A DNA stretch of 64,000 nt from Hypanus sabinus (lineage: Eukaryota), in assembly GCF_030144855.1 (NCBI RefSeq), contig NC_082714.1, positions 45,260,001 to 45,324,000 of the forward strand. The letters are read 5' to 3'. Below are positions 34,901-48,880 of the stretch, piece after piece (positions within the stretch are counted from its first letter, which is position 1; each line of letters starts with the position of its first letter). The notes below the pieces were generated by a model. The model made no database searches and was not told the origin of the DNA. It saw nothing but the letters and a program-made list of their open reading frames with translations. A program made the translations under genes and the position numbers.

Positions 34901-36125
34901 TAGTGGTCACAAACGAGTCAATCGTGATCTACCGGTCGATCTTTTGGACTTTCCCAGTAGATCCCAAAAAAAAGAAAAATAAATACACAGATACATTATG
35001 CCTGATAAACCTTCTGATGCAAATATGTAGTAACTTCTGCTTTGAAAAAGGACCACTGGAGAACTTCATGCCCAAAAGGAACAACTTTATCTCGGATGGT
35101 AAAACGATATTCGCACGCAGAGGTTTTCACTAATGCACACTGGGCAGAAAAGACCGGAAGGAAAACCCTGCAACCCCGGAAACAATCTCTCTTTGCAAAC
35201 AGTTTTACCATGATCCTAATTGGTATTAACTTATCTTTATAATGCCCACAGTACAACATTTCTCCCCCTTTAAATTCCAACATTCCCCAAATGTGAAGGA
35301 ATGGCAAACGAAAACAGTGGTGTCATTAGCTTGCGTACTCCTAAAACTTATACTAGTGTCTCGGTAACAGTTTACCAATACCAGGAAAGTTGGGGAGGTG
35401 AAATCGGATTTGAAGGTTCTGAGGATGTGGATTGCAAGTGTTAAAGGACTTGTCACTCTGTGAATATTTCACGACAGTTCGACGAATCCCTGGATATAAT
35501 GCAAACAGCTCAGCTTGTCATTATTTGTCAGAATGGCTTTCCTGGATTTTACAACAGGGGACTTCCTCACTCTTCTGCACTTACAGGAGAGAAAGAGAGG
35601 TGAGGATATTTACAATGAGTTAAAAAAATGTCCGTGAAAATGACATCCCTATTCATAAACTGGTGGCAATTACTGCTGATGGGGCCCCAGCGATGTGCGA
35701 TGTGCACGTTGGTTTTATAGCACTGTGCCGTAATGACCCTGATTTTCCCGACCTCCTGGATTGTCACTGTGATTCATCAGCAGGCCTTGGCTGGGAAGGT
35801 CATGGACTTTTCTCATGTAATGACACTGGTGGTCAAACTGATAAACTCGATTCGAGCAGAAGTGCTTCAGCACCGCTTATTCAAGGCGTTATTGGATGAG
35901 CTCGATTTGCTATGGCCTGTTTGATATGCTAGATACAGTGTTTCCTTGGTTGAATTAATTTGAAAATTTAACAAAAGCATTTTATGTAATTAAAATACAA
36001 TTAGTCCAAATAAAAGGACTCAAGTTTGAAGTACAATCTGAGCTGTTTTTTTCTCTAAATGATTTAGTGAGTTGATCTTGCCTTTCACTAAGGGATCTTG
36101 GGCTTAAAAAAGTTGGTGACCACTA
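34901..36125 (+). mobile_element. Internally deleted hAT (Charlie/GTF2IRD2-like) DNA transposon
   Basis: TIRs TAGTGGTCACAAAC / GTTGGTGACCACTA (13 of 14 match), 8-bp TSD GTTTATTA (34893-34900, 36126-36133), transposase remnants AITADGAPAM, HC..HQQAL and VVKLINSIRA..LQHRLFK.LLDE. Confidence 0.92.
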
Positions 36126-39065
36126 GTTTATTAGATCAATTTGTCCAGGACTAGCTGGGCAGTCCCTGTAAAACTATAATAAAATAGTTCTGAATTGAAA
36201 CTCCTTTTACATCCTTAAGTTACCTTAAATATTTTGCCCTCCCCTGCTCCAATCAATATGACAGCTACCACTTTTCATTAATTCTATGAAGCACTCATTG
36301 GGGACAAGGCTGTGCTCACTGAACCTGCGGTGTCCCAACCCCAACACTCACCCAGTGCATTTTCTAACCACATGATCTTTGGTCATCTACTGATCACTCA
36401 CAACCCTTCCAGTACATGAGTGCCAATGTTCACCCATACCTGTGGCAGGGCAGGAACTGTTACACATCCAGTTTTGTTCTTTGCATGTAGGTTTTGGGGA
36501 GATGGAGTGGGGTTTGCTGCTGAACACTATGTTCAATTACGAGCTAATGGGAATAGTATTTGTGATTTATTATCATCTCTTACTCTGAGACCCTTGAAAT
36601 AAAAATATTTGGAATTGCATAGGATATATCTGTATGAAATTCATTTTCAACTTTTACCAAAAGCGGTTAGATTGTCCATACTCCAGACCCAATCACAGTG
36701 TTGCAAGACCTGGATCATTAACAGCCGCAATTCTCAATAGTATGATGCAAGCACAAGTGATTTTGGTACTGCATCAAGCAATTAAATTATTCAAGACGTT
36801 TTGAAGCCACATACAAAAGAGCCAACAGCTCCTTCAGGAAATATTCATTGCTGAGTAACTAAGATGACTCATTACAATCCGTCAGGTAAATAAATAGAGT
36901 GTAAGACTGGCCCTGTGTTAATTGTGGCTGCAGATTTGCACTGTGGCCTTCAGAGATGGGCAATCACTCCTGCTCTACTAGTCTTGTCCAAATCCCCAAA
37001 AAGTGGCATAGTCAGTTCTGGACTGAGACTGCAGTTGGTTCTGGTTGCAGTAGGGCCTTTTACTCCTGGATATCTCAAGGAATCAGACTTGCATGAACAA
37101 TGTGAATTGAGTGTAAGCACAGCAGATTTTCCTGATGCTTCATCAGGGAATTCATTGTATCTGATGAGGTGTTACTGAAATCATAGTTACAGAGGTGCTA
37201 GTCCACAGTCTACATTGGGTATAAAAAGGTAAATTGTTGGGTATAAAAAGCTCTTCATTAGCAATCCCAGAGTAACTCTGGAAAGTTGCTCTAAAGCTAT
37301 AAACTCAACAAGAATTAAATAAGTGTTTGCAGATACATACATCTTTCAAAGACAGTGAAGTACTTTCGAAAGTGAAGTAGATGTTATATGGGAACCACCC
37401 ATGCCAAGTTCCCAGACAGAAAATCATCCTTAAAATATGTGAATTCATGGACAAATGTTGTCCTGGATGCTCAGTTTGACTTCTATGCCCTTCTTCAGGG
37501 TAGAGCCTTAGAGTTTTGATTTTTAACATTTACTTCAGAGAGCTTAAATTTACCTTTTCATCAAGAACATCTCCAAATGTGCGGGACTTCCTCCCAGCTT
37601 CACTTTTATGGAAATTCCAGTTAGTATGATGGATATTCACAATCCAGTGCCAGGGGATCTTCCTTTTTCTGCCAAATCCATCTTTCTAATATAGCAGCTG
37701 AAATTTCTAGAGATCAAAAGATTTTTTAAGAAAGATAAGCTTCCAACCAATATTCTTTTTGTGCTTCTTCTCATAAACAAGAGACAATCTTCAGCTCTTA
37801 ATATGAATAGCAAGTTAAAAGAACAGTATTGCTTACAAACACACTGTCTATAGAACACAGATGCTAGTCGCAGCACCTGGAATGTCTTCTGAAGAGTTAC
37901 AGTGTGGGACAATGGGGTTACTTTATTGGGCTTGTTTAAAGTGAGACGACATGGCTAAGTTATGTAGTTCAAGAAACCTCTCATGCCAGATTGATACTAT
38001 CATTTAACACATCAAATAGCTGATCTGTTAATAGTTGGAAGGTTTGTGTGCTAAGAGAGTCAGCTTCACAGCATTAGTTGTAGGACCTGGAAACTCTGTC
38101 TGCAGAAGCTTTTAGCTTGTTTGTATCTGAGAAAAAATATCATGTATGTGTGAAGTCACCCAAGTGGCAGAAAAACAGTATAAATGTAGAGTGAAGTTCA
38201 GCTTATTAGGAATGGTCCAGGAACATCAAGAAGAATGACAGAAGTACAGGATGAACTAGAATCCATTCCTCTGCCTTTGATTTCTGGGATGAATGATTCG
38301 TTCACCTGCATCATTGTTGTGTTTTTAGCTTATTGGAATTGTATTTCTACTTTGGAAATCCTTTGTGTTTTAGAAATTGTTTGTAATTTGGAAATCTTAT
38401 TTTTTAAGGGAGAAAACCTCTGTGATTTTTAAATGTGCATTGAGAATTTTGTCTGGATTTAAAGGTGTATCACTAAAAATAAATGAACTTTGTTAGCTGG
38501 GAATATTTCCTCTTTGGTAGAGGAGTGACCCATTGCTCAAATAATGTGCACTAGCAGCTAACTTCGCCATACAGGTGTGGAAGAATAAAGGATTATTTCT
38601 CTGATAGTGCCAGAGTTGCTAGTATATTTCCATTATGACCCTTAAAATTAGGAAAATGTGTAACTTCCCGATTCTTCTAGTGTTGCTAAAATTATGCACG
38701 TAGTCAGCCATGACATCTGGCCAAAGGGTCAGCAAAAGGCTTAATGAACTAAGTAACTAACTTGCATTTTTCTATTTGAACTTTGTAACCTAATAAACTA
38801 ATGTCCCAGGATTACAGCAGTCTTTTGTAATCAGAATGCAGCCCTAAGTGCAGAGAAGAGAAACATATGACTTAGTTATTGTCTGTTCTATAATTAAAAA
38901 CACATTGTTCTATGGATATATCTATTTGCTCCTGTTTTCCTGTGTGGCTAAAGTGTAGTTAAGACTAAAATTACAAACATCTTCATTCTGTACTGTAAAA
39001 AAGAATACAAAATGGAACTTTCCACTGCTTATTTGGAGTCCGGAATGCCATGATTGTGAGGTGGA

Positions 39066-39102
39066 CTGCATCTGAAAACCTAGCATCAGATTCTACCTGC
39101 AG
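39066..39102 (+). repeat. 37-bp dispersed direct repeat, copy A
   Basis: CTGCATCTGAAAACCTAGCATCAGATTCTACCTGCAG, 33/37 identical to 41434-41470. Confidence 0.85.
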
Positions 39103-39319
39103 TATCTTGTAAATAAAGTGGGTTTGATCCTAGTTTTCCTGGAGTCTGTGTTTATTTGTTCAATCAAAATAGTTAGTTTTGCAAAAGATTTGGCGACGAG
39201 GATGGGATCACTTTTATATGGGGTCCAGCGAAGCATTATAATGTGAATTGCTGTGATCTTGAGAAGCAAGATCAGTGAACAAAACTAATAGATGAGGGGA
39301 GAACCATAATACTGTGAGT

Positions 39320-39735
39320 TACTGTATTCACTGGAATTCAGAAAAATGAGGGGTGACCTAATTGAAACCTATCAAATGTTAAAAGGCCTCGATGTGGAGA
39401 GGATGCTTCCTATGGTGGCAGAGTCTAGGACCCAAGGACACAGCCTCAGAATAGAGGGGTGTCCTTTTAACACAGGGTTGAGGAGGAATCTCTTCAGCCA
39501 GTGAGTGGTGAATCTGTAGAATTCATTGCCACAGGAGGCTGTGGAGGCTAAATCTTTATATATATTTAAGACAGAGGCTGATGAATTCTTGATTGGTCAG
39601 GGAATGAAGGAATATGTGGAGAAATCAGGAGACTGGGGCCGAGAGCGAAACTGGATCAGCCATGATGAAATGGCAGAGCAGACTCAATGGGCCAAATGAC
39701 CTAATTCTGCTCCTATATCTCATGATCTTATGGTC
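39320..39735 (+). mobile_element. CR1 3' fragment
   Basis: LYSLEFRKMRGDLIETYQMLKGL, DVERMLPMV.ESRT.GHSLRI, and 3' UTR ending 'tcttatggtct'. Confidence 0.88.
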
Positions 39736-41029
39736 TATTGAATTACCCAACTGTATAAAAACTGTGTTTAAGCTGTTGGCAATGTGAAAGCTCCACTGAA
39801 ATCTGAAGGTCATTCCTCCATAAAATCATTAGCTGGCAGCCTCTCTCTACTGTTTGGTAAATATTGCTGCATAATCACAAAATGTTCGTCATAAATTTGT
39901 TTGAACAGACATATTCTGCTGATAGACGTACAGATGTGGCCTTATGAGTGCTGGAAGTAACTCCCAATGATTAATCTGTGAAAGGTCATTTCAAAGCAAT
40001 GACTAATCCATTTTGCATTTCACACCAAGTTCTTCATTACCAGGTCAAACAACTCCTGAAATAAGACTTTCTTTATTCAGGGAATAGGAATGCATTTATC
40101 ACTCTTTGCCACTATATCACAGATATAAATAATGTTATCATCTTTACTGTAAAAATAAGCAGCTTTGTGGAACTGTTAATCTTTACAATGTAACCAGAAC
40201 ATAAAATCAGGCTTTTTGCTGAAAAAAACTTAAAGGCACTGGATTTCTTTTACAGCCAAAATATACTTATTTGCACACATCTTTAATATAATAACAAAGC
40301 ATAATGGAAAGCTTGGTTGTTGGTTTCATATTTAATTACATATATATACACACACACATAATTAATTTGCCACGGATACGAAAATGAATCCTTGAAAAAG
40401 CTGAATTTGGGTTTAAAAAAATCATTAAGAGTGTTATGCGTTTTGTTGACAGAATCATTCTCTTAAATGGGATCATAACAAGTGGGACTGATTGAATGAG
40501 CATCAGACCTGAAAGAACTATTTTTTTACAATTACAAACAGCTGCAGACAAGTCTGGTGCAGAGGTGAGGGGAAAAGCAGAGGAAGGGCAAGAGCCCCCT
40601 GCTGTATACCAGGCCGGACTTTTCCTACCATACTGAGATAATGATTTGGACAAAGCAATTCTAGCGATTCCTGATTCTGATGTCAAAAGGGATCCCAGTC
40701 ACACGACAAGGACCTCTTGAGGCAGCCAGTGATTGCAACATGCAGATTAGAACTGACTTACACATGAAGCGACAATATTTTCTGCACATGTGACCATTGG
40801 ACACCAATGCTGTGCCATGATATAAAAACTTTCATTGCTTTCTCATTGTTGCTCCCTGCGTGATGTGCTCCTAGTGAGCCACCAACGAAGGTCCAAGTTT
40901 CCAGCCACAATGTCCAATGCATAATGGCAGTGGAGGAAATTTGCAGTGTGACACCTGTGACATCATCAGGTACATGACTGATGGAACAAAGGTGTCACAA
41001 TCAGATTGGAATGGCATTTTATAGGGTTA

Positions 41030-41365
41030 TAGAAAGATGGAGAATAGAAATAGATCTCTTGGGCCCAAATACCAACAGTCAACTGCCTATTTTTACAGTC
41101 AACCACCTATTTTTATATTCATCCTATCTTCCCAATTCTATCTTCCTGTCAACTCCCTTGCTGACTCTACCATACTCCTCCACACTGAGGCGACTTACAG
41201 TGGCCAGTTATTATGCAAACCTACGCATTTCTGGGAGGTGGGAGGAAACTGAATTACCTGAAAGAGAGCTGTGAAGTCACAGGTAGAACTTGCAAACTAC
41301 ACAAGGTCAGAACGGATTGAGGCTGGGTCAGAAGAGCTGTGAGACCATGCTACTAGCTATGCCTC
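41030..41365 (-). mobile_element. Degenerate V-SINE
   Basis: 'ttacagtggccagtta...aacctacgcatttctgggaggtgggaggaaactg...gtcacaggtagaacttgcaaactacaca...ggattga'. Confidence 0.65.
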
Positions 41366-41433
41366 CCAAGCCTGTTGTTCTGTTCTCCCAAAGGATCTAG
41401 TAGATTTCTGATTTAAAGTCTATGCCTCAGAAT

Positions 41434-41470
41434 CTGCATCTGGAAACCCAGCATTAGGTTCTACCTGCAG
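41434..41470 (+). repeat. 37-bp dispersed direct repeat, copy B
   Basis: CTGCATCTGGAAACCCAGCATTAGGTTCTACCTGCAG. Confidence 0.85.
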
Positions 41471-42084
41471 AATGACAAACCGAGTTCTCTTTCACCTCAC
41501 CTTTTTCGCCTTGCTTGTTGGCTCTTAAGTTGTTGAACATTCTGTCCTTCATCTTACACTGGAAAATTAGAAACTTCCTCCAATTTAATTTGAGGAAGAC
41601 TGAGTTGAATTCTTTATGTCACAATTATAGAGTACATTGCATTCCTTAAATATTGCCCCTTTTCCACTCTCTAGCAACTGTCTGAGGGCAACTTGGGCAA
41701 TATGACCCCACAATGGGCTTTCAAGATACCCATAGCTTTAGAAATGCTATTTCTGTTTCATTTAACACTATCTATGCTTGGTTCTTCTGCTCCTGAAATC
41801 CTCCTTCATTGTTCTGTAATCTTAAATTTTCATTGTGTTGTTGGCTGACTATACAATATGTCACAAACATTCTTCACTCTATAAACAGGAGCTATCCATT
41901 ATAATGCTACCCATGCTTTAAATTTAAACAACTCCTGTTTAATTACCACCTCTAAGCACTTTCCAAAATATTGGCTCTCTGTTAAACAGAAAAATGATTT
42001 TGGTTGTCCTATGCTAAGTGTAGACCTGAAACATCAACGATTACTATCAATATATTATAGGCTCATTCCTCCCCATCAGTGGCA

Positions 42085-42410
42085 ATATGTACGTGAAATG
42101 GCTGACTCAAGAAGGTAACATTTATCATCAAAGATTTTCACCATCGGAGCTTTGGTATCTTCATGTAGCTACCATTGGGCAGGAGGTAAAGGAGCCTAAA
42201 GTTTTGCACCACCTATTTCAAGAGCAGATAACTTTCAATCTTCCAGTCTATGAACCAACCTGTACAACCCCAATCCTAACTCAGTATAATCACTTTGATC
42301 ACATTGAACAACAATGAACTTGTTTGTATTTGTTTTAATTGTGCTCTTTCTTGTACAATATATGTTGTTAATTTATGTTTTTGTTCTGGACATTGTGTAT
42401 TTGATGCTAA
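42085..42410 (+). mobile_element. Highly degenerate Rex1-type 3' fragment
   Basis: 'atcatcaaagat...caccat...gctaccattgggcaggaggtaaaggagcct', matching the LLPSGRRYRS region of other copies. Confidence 0.55.
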
Positions 42411-44589
42411 CATCCAGAACAAGCCTTATAAGCTGATGAGAATTAACAAAATCTTCTGTTGATAAATTAAATTGCCGCAAGTCGGCTTATCATTGCATCT
42501 GTGCATAAGTGTACTCGTTCTAATAAAACAAATTTGACTTTGACCCTTTGCCAGCAGAGATGTTGCTAGACTTACAGAATACCTACAGAGGTTCTTTGCT
42601 GCAGATTTCATCATCTGCTTTCTCTTGTTCCAACACAATTTCAAAATTTTCATTCTTATTCTCATTTCACTTCTTGTTCATCTGTTTCAGAGTTAATGTT
42701 AACTCTCTTAAAATTCAGCTGCTATGACCTTTAGATCTTGAATTCTGTCCATGAACCACTGCACCTCTCTATTTCACTCTGGTCCTTGAAGATCCTTCTT
42801 AAAGTTTACCTCAAGGTTAATATCTCCTATGCACCCAAGTTTCAGATGTTGGCTAATAGCTACTATGTTAGGAACTTAGTAATGCTTACCTACTTTGAAA
42901 TTGCAATATAAATACAAGGCCTCTGTTAAGAACTAATTCAAACAATTAAGTGCAAGATTGAGAACAAATTCTGTATTAAATAAGGAGGTAAAATAGAAGA
43001 ATAAAATCAGCAGTGATCAAAAGCATCAAATGTAGCCCTTGAAATCTATAGGATGGCTACTTTGAGTTGATATCTTCAATATTTTCTGCAATATATTCAA
43101 CAATTACTGCTCTCTGTGTAGAAAAGAAGTACTTTAACTGGGTTATTTTGGTAAGTAACTTATCAACAGAAGATTTTGTTAGTATTCATCAGCCTATTAG
43201 GTTTATTAACACATCACAATCTGCCTGGTTATGATAAAAGTAGTTATAAGTAATTTATGACATAACTGAGACAAGTATCGGTCATCTCTTTAATGCTAAC
43301 TTGAAGGATTTACTCTTGATGTGTCATAAAGTTTCTTTCCAATTAGTCTTCTTGATGAGTTTTAACCTGGAATAGGGTCACTTGGGATATACTTCCAAAA
43401 TGAAGGTGGAAGGAGAAAAAACGAATTTAGAGATTAATTGTAGTTCTGGAAATATCAAGCATTTATAGTGATTAAACACTAACAATTCTTGCATGTCTGC
43501 TTTTGTTTCATGTTAAGTAATAATGGCTCCAAGCCGACTTTACATTAAACTGTTTCTAGCATTAAGATAAGATGTGAGATATTTACTCTGAGATCAAAGC
43601 GCGCAATGCTCCAATCCTGTAAAATAAACTTTAAAAAAGACTTAGCATTTGAAATAAGGCCACAAAACTTTTCTGCCACCATGGTTTCTCTGGAGATGGT
43701 TTGTTATACCTGCTAAATCACTGGGAATTTATCCTTTCATATGACATCGATTTATTTCAAAAGTATATTTATAAGTAGAAATAAATCAACAATATGAATG
43801 CAAACAGAAATGCTTCATTTTTGTCTGATCCACATTAGATGATGGTTGTGCACATAAAAGCAAAATATAAAAACTACTTGGGAGCAGCACTAGTTATATT
43901 TTCCTCCAAGTTTGAAAGGGTTCCACATCAACATATCAATTCTATTAATTTGTCTGTTGACATGTTTTCCCTGAATAAAAGAGCTCTGACTGTAGTTCAG
44001 TGAGGCTTGGAGTCAACAAATGACTAATTATGATGACTCTCAATTGGTGGCATTTAGTTTAGAATTGTAAATGAAAATTAAACTGTAGTTAAATATTAAC
44101 TTGATAATTGCTGATTTTCTGTAGTACAATGAAGACCACATTTATTTTGCAATTTTATAAATCACTTCTTTAAAAAAAATCATATAAATACAAGTTGAAT
44201 TCAAGTTTTCATTTAAAAAAAAGTCTCTTATGAACTAATATTATCAGTCTGCAGGACTTCTTTGAATATTACCTTGTTTTTATCACATCATGTTACAAAT
44301 ACTGTATAAAACAAGCATTTATTTGTATAGGCTACTGGCATGCACAACTTGTGACTTCAGATGATATACACATTTTGAGAATAGTTTCACAAGTTCAAAT
44401 AGTGAAGAAGCTGAAGGGTGGGCCTTTGACCCAATACTCAAGTGGTAGTCAAACAAGGTGTCTCACACTTAATATTTATATGGTGAGGTACAGATTATTG
44501 TGACAAATTATGGAATCAGTACAACAGGGGCAGTAAGAAGTCTACAAAGCAAATCTGTTCATTAACTGAGGGAGTGAGAGAACAACAAA

Positions 44590-44810
44590 GCTCAAAGTTC
44601 AAAGTAAATTTATTATCAAGTGGATACCTGTCACCATATGCAAGCATGAGATTAATCTTCTTGCCGGCTTGCACAATGAATCAAGTAATTATAATAGAAT
44701 CAATGGAGGACCACAGCAGACAGTGTGCAAAAGACAACATACTGTGCAAATACAAAAAAAGAAAGATAAAAAGAAATGATAATCATCATCATAATAGTAA
44801 TAATAATAAA
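44590..44810 (-). mobile_element. Rex1-type 3' UTR and tail
   Basis: Reverse complement ends 'gataataaatttactttgaactttg', like the tail at 13200-13230; (TTA)n-like tract at 44776-44810. Confidence 0.65.
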
Positions 44811-45178
44811 CATAAGATCAACAAATTCAAGATGATAAATGTAGAAAATGCTGAGAAAAAAACAGAAACAATCCAACACATTACAAGATCCTGTAGCAGT
44901 TTAACACAATCTGATTACTTACACAGACTCAATCAAGTGGCAAACATCATTCATTAAAGACTTGCTTTACAATACAAGCTCCTAAAAGAAATCACACCTT
45001 ACTATAAATACAAGATTGATCCTGTTTTAGAGTCAAAATACCACAAATTATATTATGATCAATCAGTTATACAGATAGAATAATCCAGAATAACCATCCA
45101 GATATAATAATATAGGATACACAAACAAGGACTAATTAATCAATAGATATGGCCATTGCAAACACACATAACTACTGC
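44811..45178 (+). mobile_element. R4/Dong-like fragment (CCHC knuckle and start of RLE domain)
   Basis: CRKC..KTETIQHIT.SC.SLTQSDYLHR.NQVANIIH (frameshifted), then KLYYDQSVI and IDMAIANTHN; homologous to 12950-13120. Confidence 0.75.
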
Positions 45179-45189
45179 TTGATAGTCAC

Positions 45190-45990
45190 TCAGGCAAATT
45201 ACCATGGTCTTTTTAGGCACAGGTCTAAGTGAAGCTTAATTAAAACAAGTGGGTACCTCAGACTGCTGAAATGAAAGATCTTAGTGAACACACCACCTAG
45301 TTGATCATCGCAGGTCTTTAATACCTGGACAGGTACCCCATCTGGGCCAGATGCTTTCTGTGGGTTCACTCTCCTGGACAATGCTCTCATGTTGGACTCA
45401 AAGACTGAAATCACAGGATCATTGGGGTTGTGAGAGTTTGTTATGATTCCTCCAATTTTTGATGTTCAAAGAGAAGCATAGAAACCATTGAGCTTATCTG
45501 GATGTAGCTCAATTTCACTTTGTAAGAGGTGATACCGTTCAAGTCCTGCCACAGCTGTCGAGCATCTTGATTAATTCAAGTTCAGTTGAGAATGGTCAAG
45601 TTGCTCATGAGAAGCCTTTCCAGAGGTTGAACTTGCACCTCTTGTAACTTCTGTGGCCACCAGACATGAGTGACTCTGGTCTGGCCCTCTGAAGATTGTG
45701 GATCTCATGGTTAATTGAGGGCTTCTGGTTAGAGAATACCCTGAATGGTTTTATGGGGACACTCTCATCTAAAGCTGTTTCTATAAACTTTGTGATGACC
45801 GTGGTGTATTCATTCAGATCCACAGCTGAGTCCTTGAACATGGCCCAGTCCTCCGACTTGAAGCAATCCCATAGTCGCTCCTCAGTCTACCTCGCCCACC
45901 TCTTTGTTGCCCTAATCTCTGGAGCCTTGCTCTTTAGCTTCTTCCTATATGCAGATAGGAGAAGGACAGACAAGTGATCAGCTTTCCTGA
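45190..45990 (-). mobile_element. Rex1-type ORF internal fragment (EN-RT linker)
   Basis: DCFKSEDWAMFKDSA.DLNEYT..I..FI, F.NQKP.IN and RVNPQKASGPDGVP.VLKTC.DQL.GVFT.IF. Confidence 0.82.
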
Positions 45991-48559
45991 ACAAAGAACG
46001 TGTCACCAAAAGAACTAAACTGGAGGAGTATCAAAAACACAGCCCTCAAGACTTGTGACCTTCCTTCTCGGAAAATGTCCCCGTATTAGACAATACTCTG
46101 AGGCAGCACCACCATTTGAACTCAGAGGAAGGGAAGGATGAGCATGACATGGACTTTATAATGACCTCTAGCCTCCACAGACACTGGACATACTATTTCA
46201 TTACCCTCTGCTTTTTATGTGCTTATAAAATCCCTACAGATTCTTTTTGATTGTATTTCCCAGTTATTTTTCATACTTACACTTCGCTTAATTTTACTCC
46301 TTACCTTTCTTTAAATTTTTTAAGCATTTGGTTCTGATGTAAACTTCCAGTTTTGTTTTACTGCTTTCTCTATGCACTTAGCCATCAAGATTTGCGAGTC
46401 CCACCACTTTATTCATGAAAACATGTTCACTTTAAATCTCTTAAATTTGCTTCCAATTGCCTTGAGACAATGAAAAATATTTTCAAACATAACTGCATTG
46501 AAAAACAACAGCTGTTCACACTTAGTAAAAATGTTTTATCCAATTTGTTGCGCTCTCTTGGATTCCACGACTCAAATTCCATGGCAACATTCACCAACTG
46601 CTTCATTTCTCACAGAAGACCTTGAATCACATGTTGATCTGCAAATTTGTGCCTCCCAGCCATCGACTGGGGGTAGTGAGGAAGTTTATAATTTGAAAAT
46701 ACTGTGTTCTTAAATAATTTAAATATCTATTGAGCTGAAGGAGTTTCAAATGAAGGTGGAGTAAGTATTGGTGGATGGCACATTATCCGTGGATTACATT
46801 CAGCTAGATCGAGAAGTAGAGCTGCAATGATAATAAATTGGGGTAACATCTAGTGGAGAAAGGGAAATAAGGAAATACATGAGAAAATTCAAAGACTTTG
46901 CACATTTTACACTGGAGAGTCATACAGAGAAAGCACAGAAACTTTGTTGAAGATGAAGGTTTCTGACAAGCTCTACAATATATAAAGCATTGCTTATTAA
47001 GCAGTACTTAATCTCTAAGAGCCAGCCTGATCAAAATATTGTCATCCCCAACATGCGGATCTACAGAGCTGCAGACTTCAAATCTATAGAATTGACATCA
47101 CTTGAATAAAAATAAGAATTTAAAGAAAAACAAACCTTAATCAGGGATGAGAAAGTATGGTGGAGTAGTAATGCTGGAAAAATAGTCTTTATCTGTATAC
47201 GCTATATTTGGCCACAAAGGGAGGGTCGTTCTCCCTGCCAATTGCTACTTCAAAGTTTGAAAAGGGTATAACCTTCCCTGATTTGTTGAGTGAGCTCTAA
47301 TCGATCTCTGAAGATTTTGCCAATGAAAATCCTGGAGCTCATAGCCTGAGACTAGAATAAAAATGACCAAACACAAAATAAAAGCTATAAAATATGTTGA
47401 TGAACTACATAAATTGTTTTTTGGTTTAAGGTGGTGATTGAGTTTGTATTTGAGATAAGCATAAACGAAAAAGAAACGGTTTCCACTGACCAGTGACCAG
47501 ACAGAATGGAGAAGAGGGCTGTTCATTAACACAAGTTGTTGTAATGTAGAAGGCACTGCCTGAAAGGGTAATTGAAAATGGAAGGTTGGAAGCAAATCTA
47601 CCACCCACAAATGGTTACATATCCAATCAGATCATTACATTGGCATGTACAATGTCAAAAAGAGAAGGGTTACTTCATGCCCTAATGTGAACTCATGATG
47701 TCCCAATGTGCTTTTACAAAAAGCCTGTTGTGCTTTTTCAAAGAGACAAAGAAATCTCTTTGAAAACTGACCAATCACTGTTCCAACTTCACTGCTACTT
47801 TGCTGTAAAAATACTTAACTGGGAATGAAAGTGCTCACTTGAGGTATTTAACTGAATCCTATTCTGAAAACCTGGAACCCAACCAACATTTTCGATCAGG
47901 CTGAAAGTTTAGTGTTTTACTTTAGAGATGATTCCTGCCAGCCACCAGAAATGGTAAAGCAAACATTGTGAGGACACACACCTGCAATAATGAGTGTGAT
48001 AGAGATAACAGGCACCAGTTCAACAACACCACACACCATTTTATTGCTCAGAAAGAGACACCGTCCAAGCCCATAAGATCTTAGCATCTGAACAACATTG
48101 TTAAGGATGCTGTAAGAAACATGGTAAGTAATAACAGTTTTTAAGTTTTAAAATAGATCATCCAAGCTCAAACTTTTAAGAGATCAAAGTGAGAAGAACA
48201 TGGGATGTTCTATATTGTAAGGCATCCATGTTGTCACACATGCAATTTGGATCACTCATTCATGCACTATATTTTGTGGAGAAATCTCACATGTCAAATA
48301 ATTAGACAAATTAGCATCAATTATTAATGTGCAGATCATATACAAATGCAATTTAGCCTAGCTTGGCTCATGATTGTAATCATTTAGCCTAAATCGTAGG
48401 TTGAACAGTTTGGAAAAGTGAGGATAAAGTAAACAGGAAGGAGAGTGCAGGAGAGGTTACAAAAGTCTCCAGAATAAAGAAAAAGACAAAAAAATTAAAA
48501 AGGGATTGATGAGAATTAAACTTCTTGTAACTTGAAGACAGAATTGAAAGGTCAAGAGT

Positions 48560-48880
48560 GAAAGGGGAAAGGATGTTTCCTATAGTGGGGAAGTCTAGGA
48601 CCAGCAAGCACAGCCTCTGAATAGAAGGAGATCCTTTTAGAGCAGAGATGAGGAGGAATTTTTTTTCTGTGAATCTGTGGAATTTATTGCTACAGATGGC
48701 TGTGGAGGCCAAGTCATGAGTGTACTTAGAGCGGAGTTTGATAGGTTCTTGATTTAATCAGGGCATCAAAGGTTATGGGGAAAAGACAGGAGAGTGGGGT
48801 TGAATCAGCTATGATGGAATGGCAGAGCAGATTCGATGGGCTGAAAGACCTAACGCTGCTCCTATGTTGTATGGTCCTAC
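48560..48880 (+). mobile_element. CR1 3' fragment
   Basis: ERMFPIVGKSRT..HSL.IEG..FRAEMRRNFF, plus a 3' UTR like 39600-39735. Confidence 0.85.

Noticed and set aside
35663-35924. GTF2IRD2/EPM2AIP1-like domesticated gene
   Set aside because: Frameshifted, internally deleted, and enclosed by TIRs and an 8-bp TSD.
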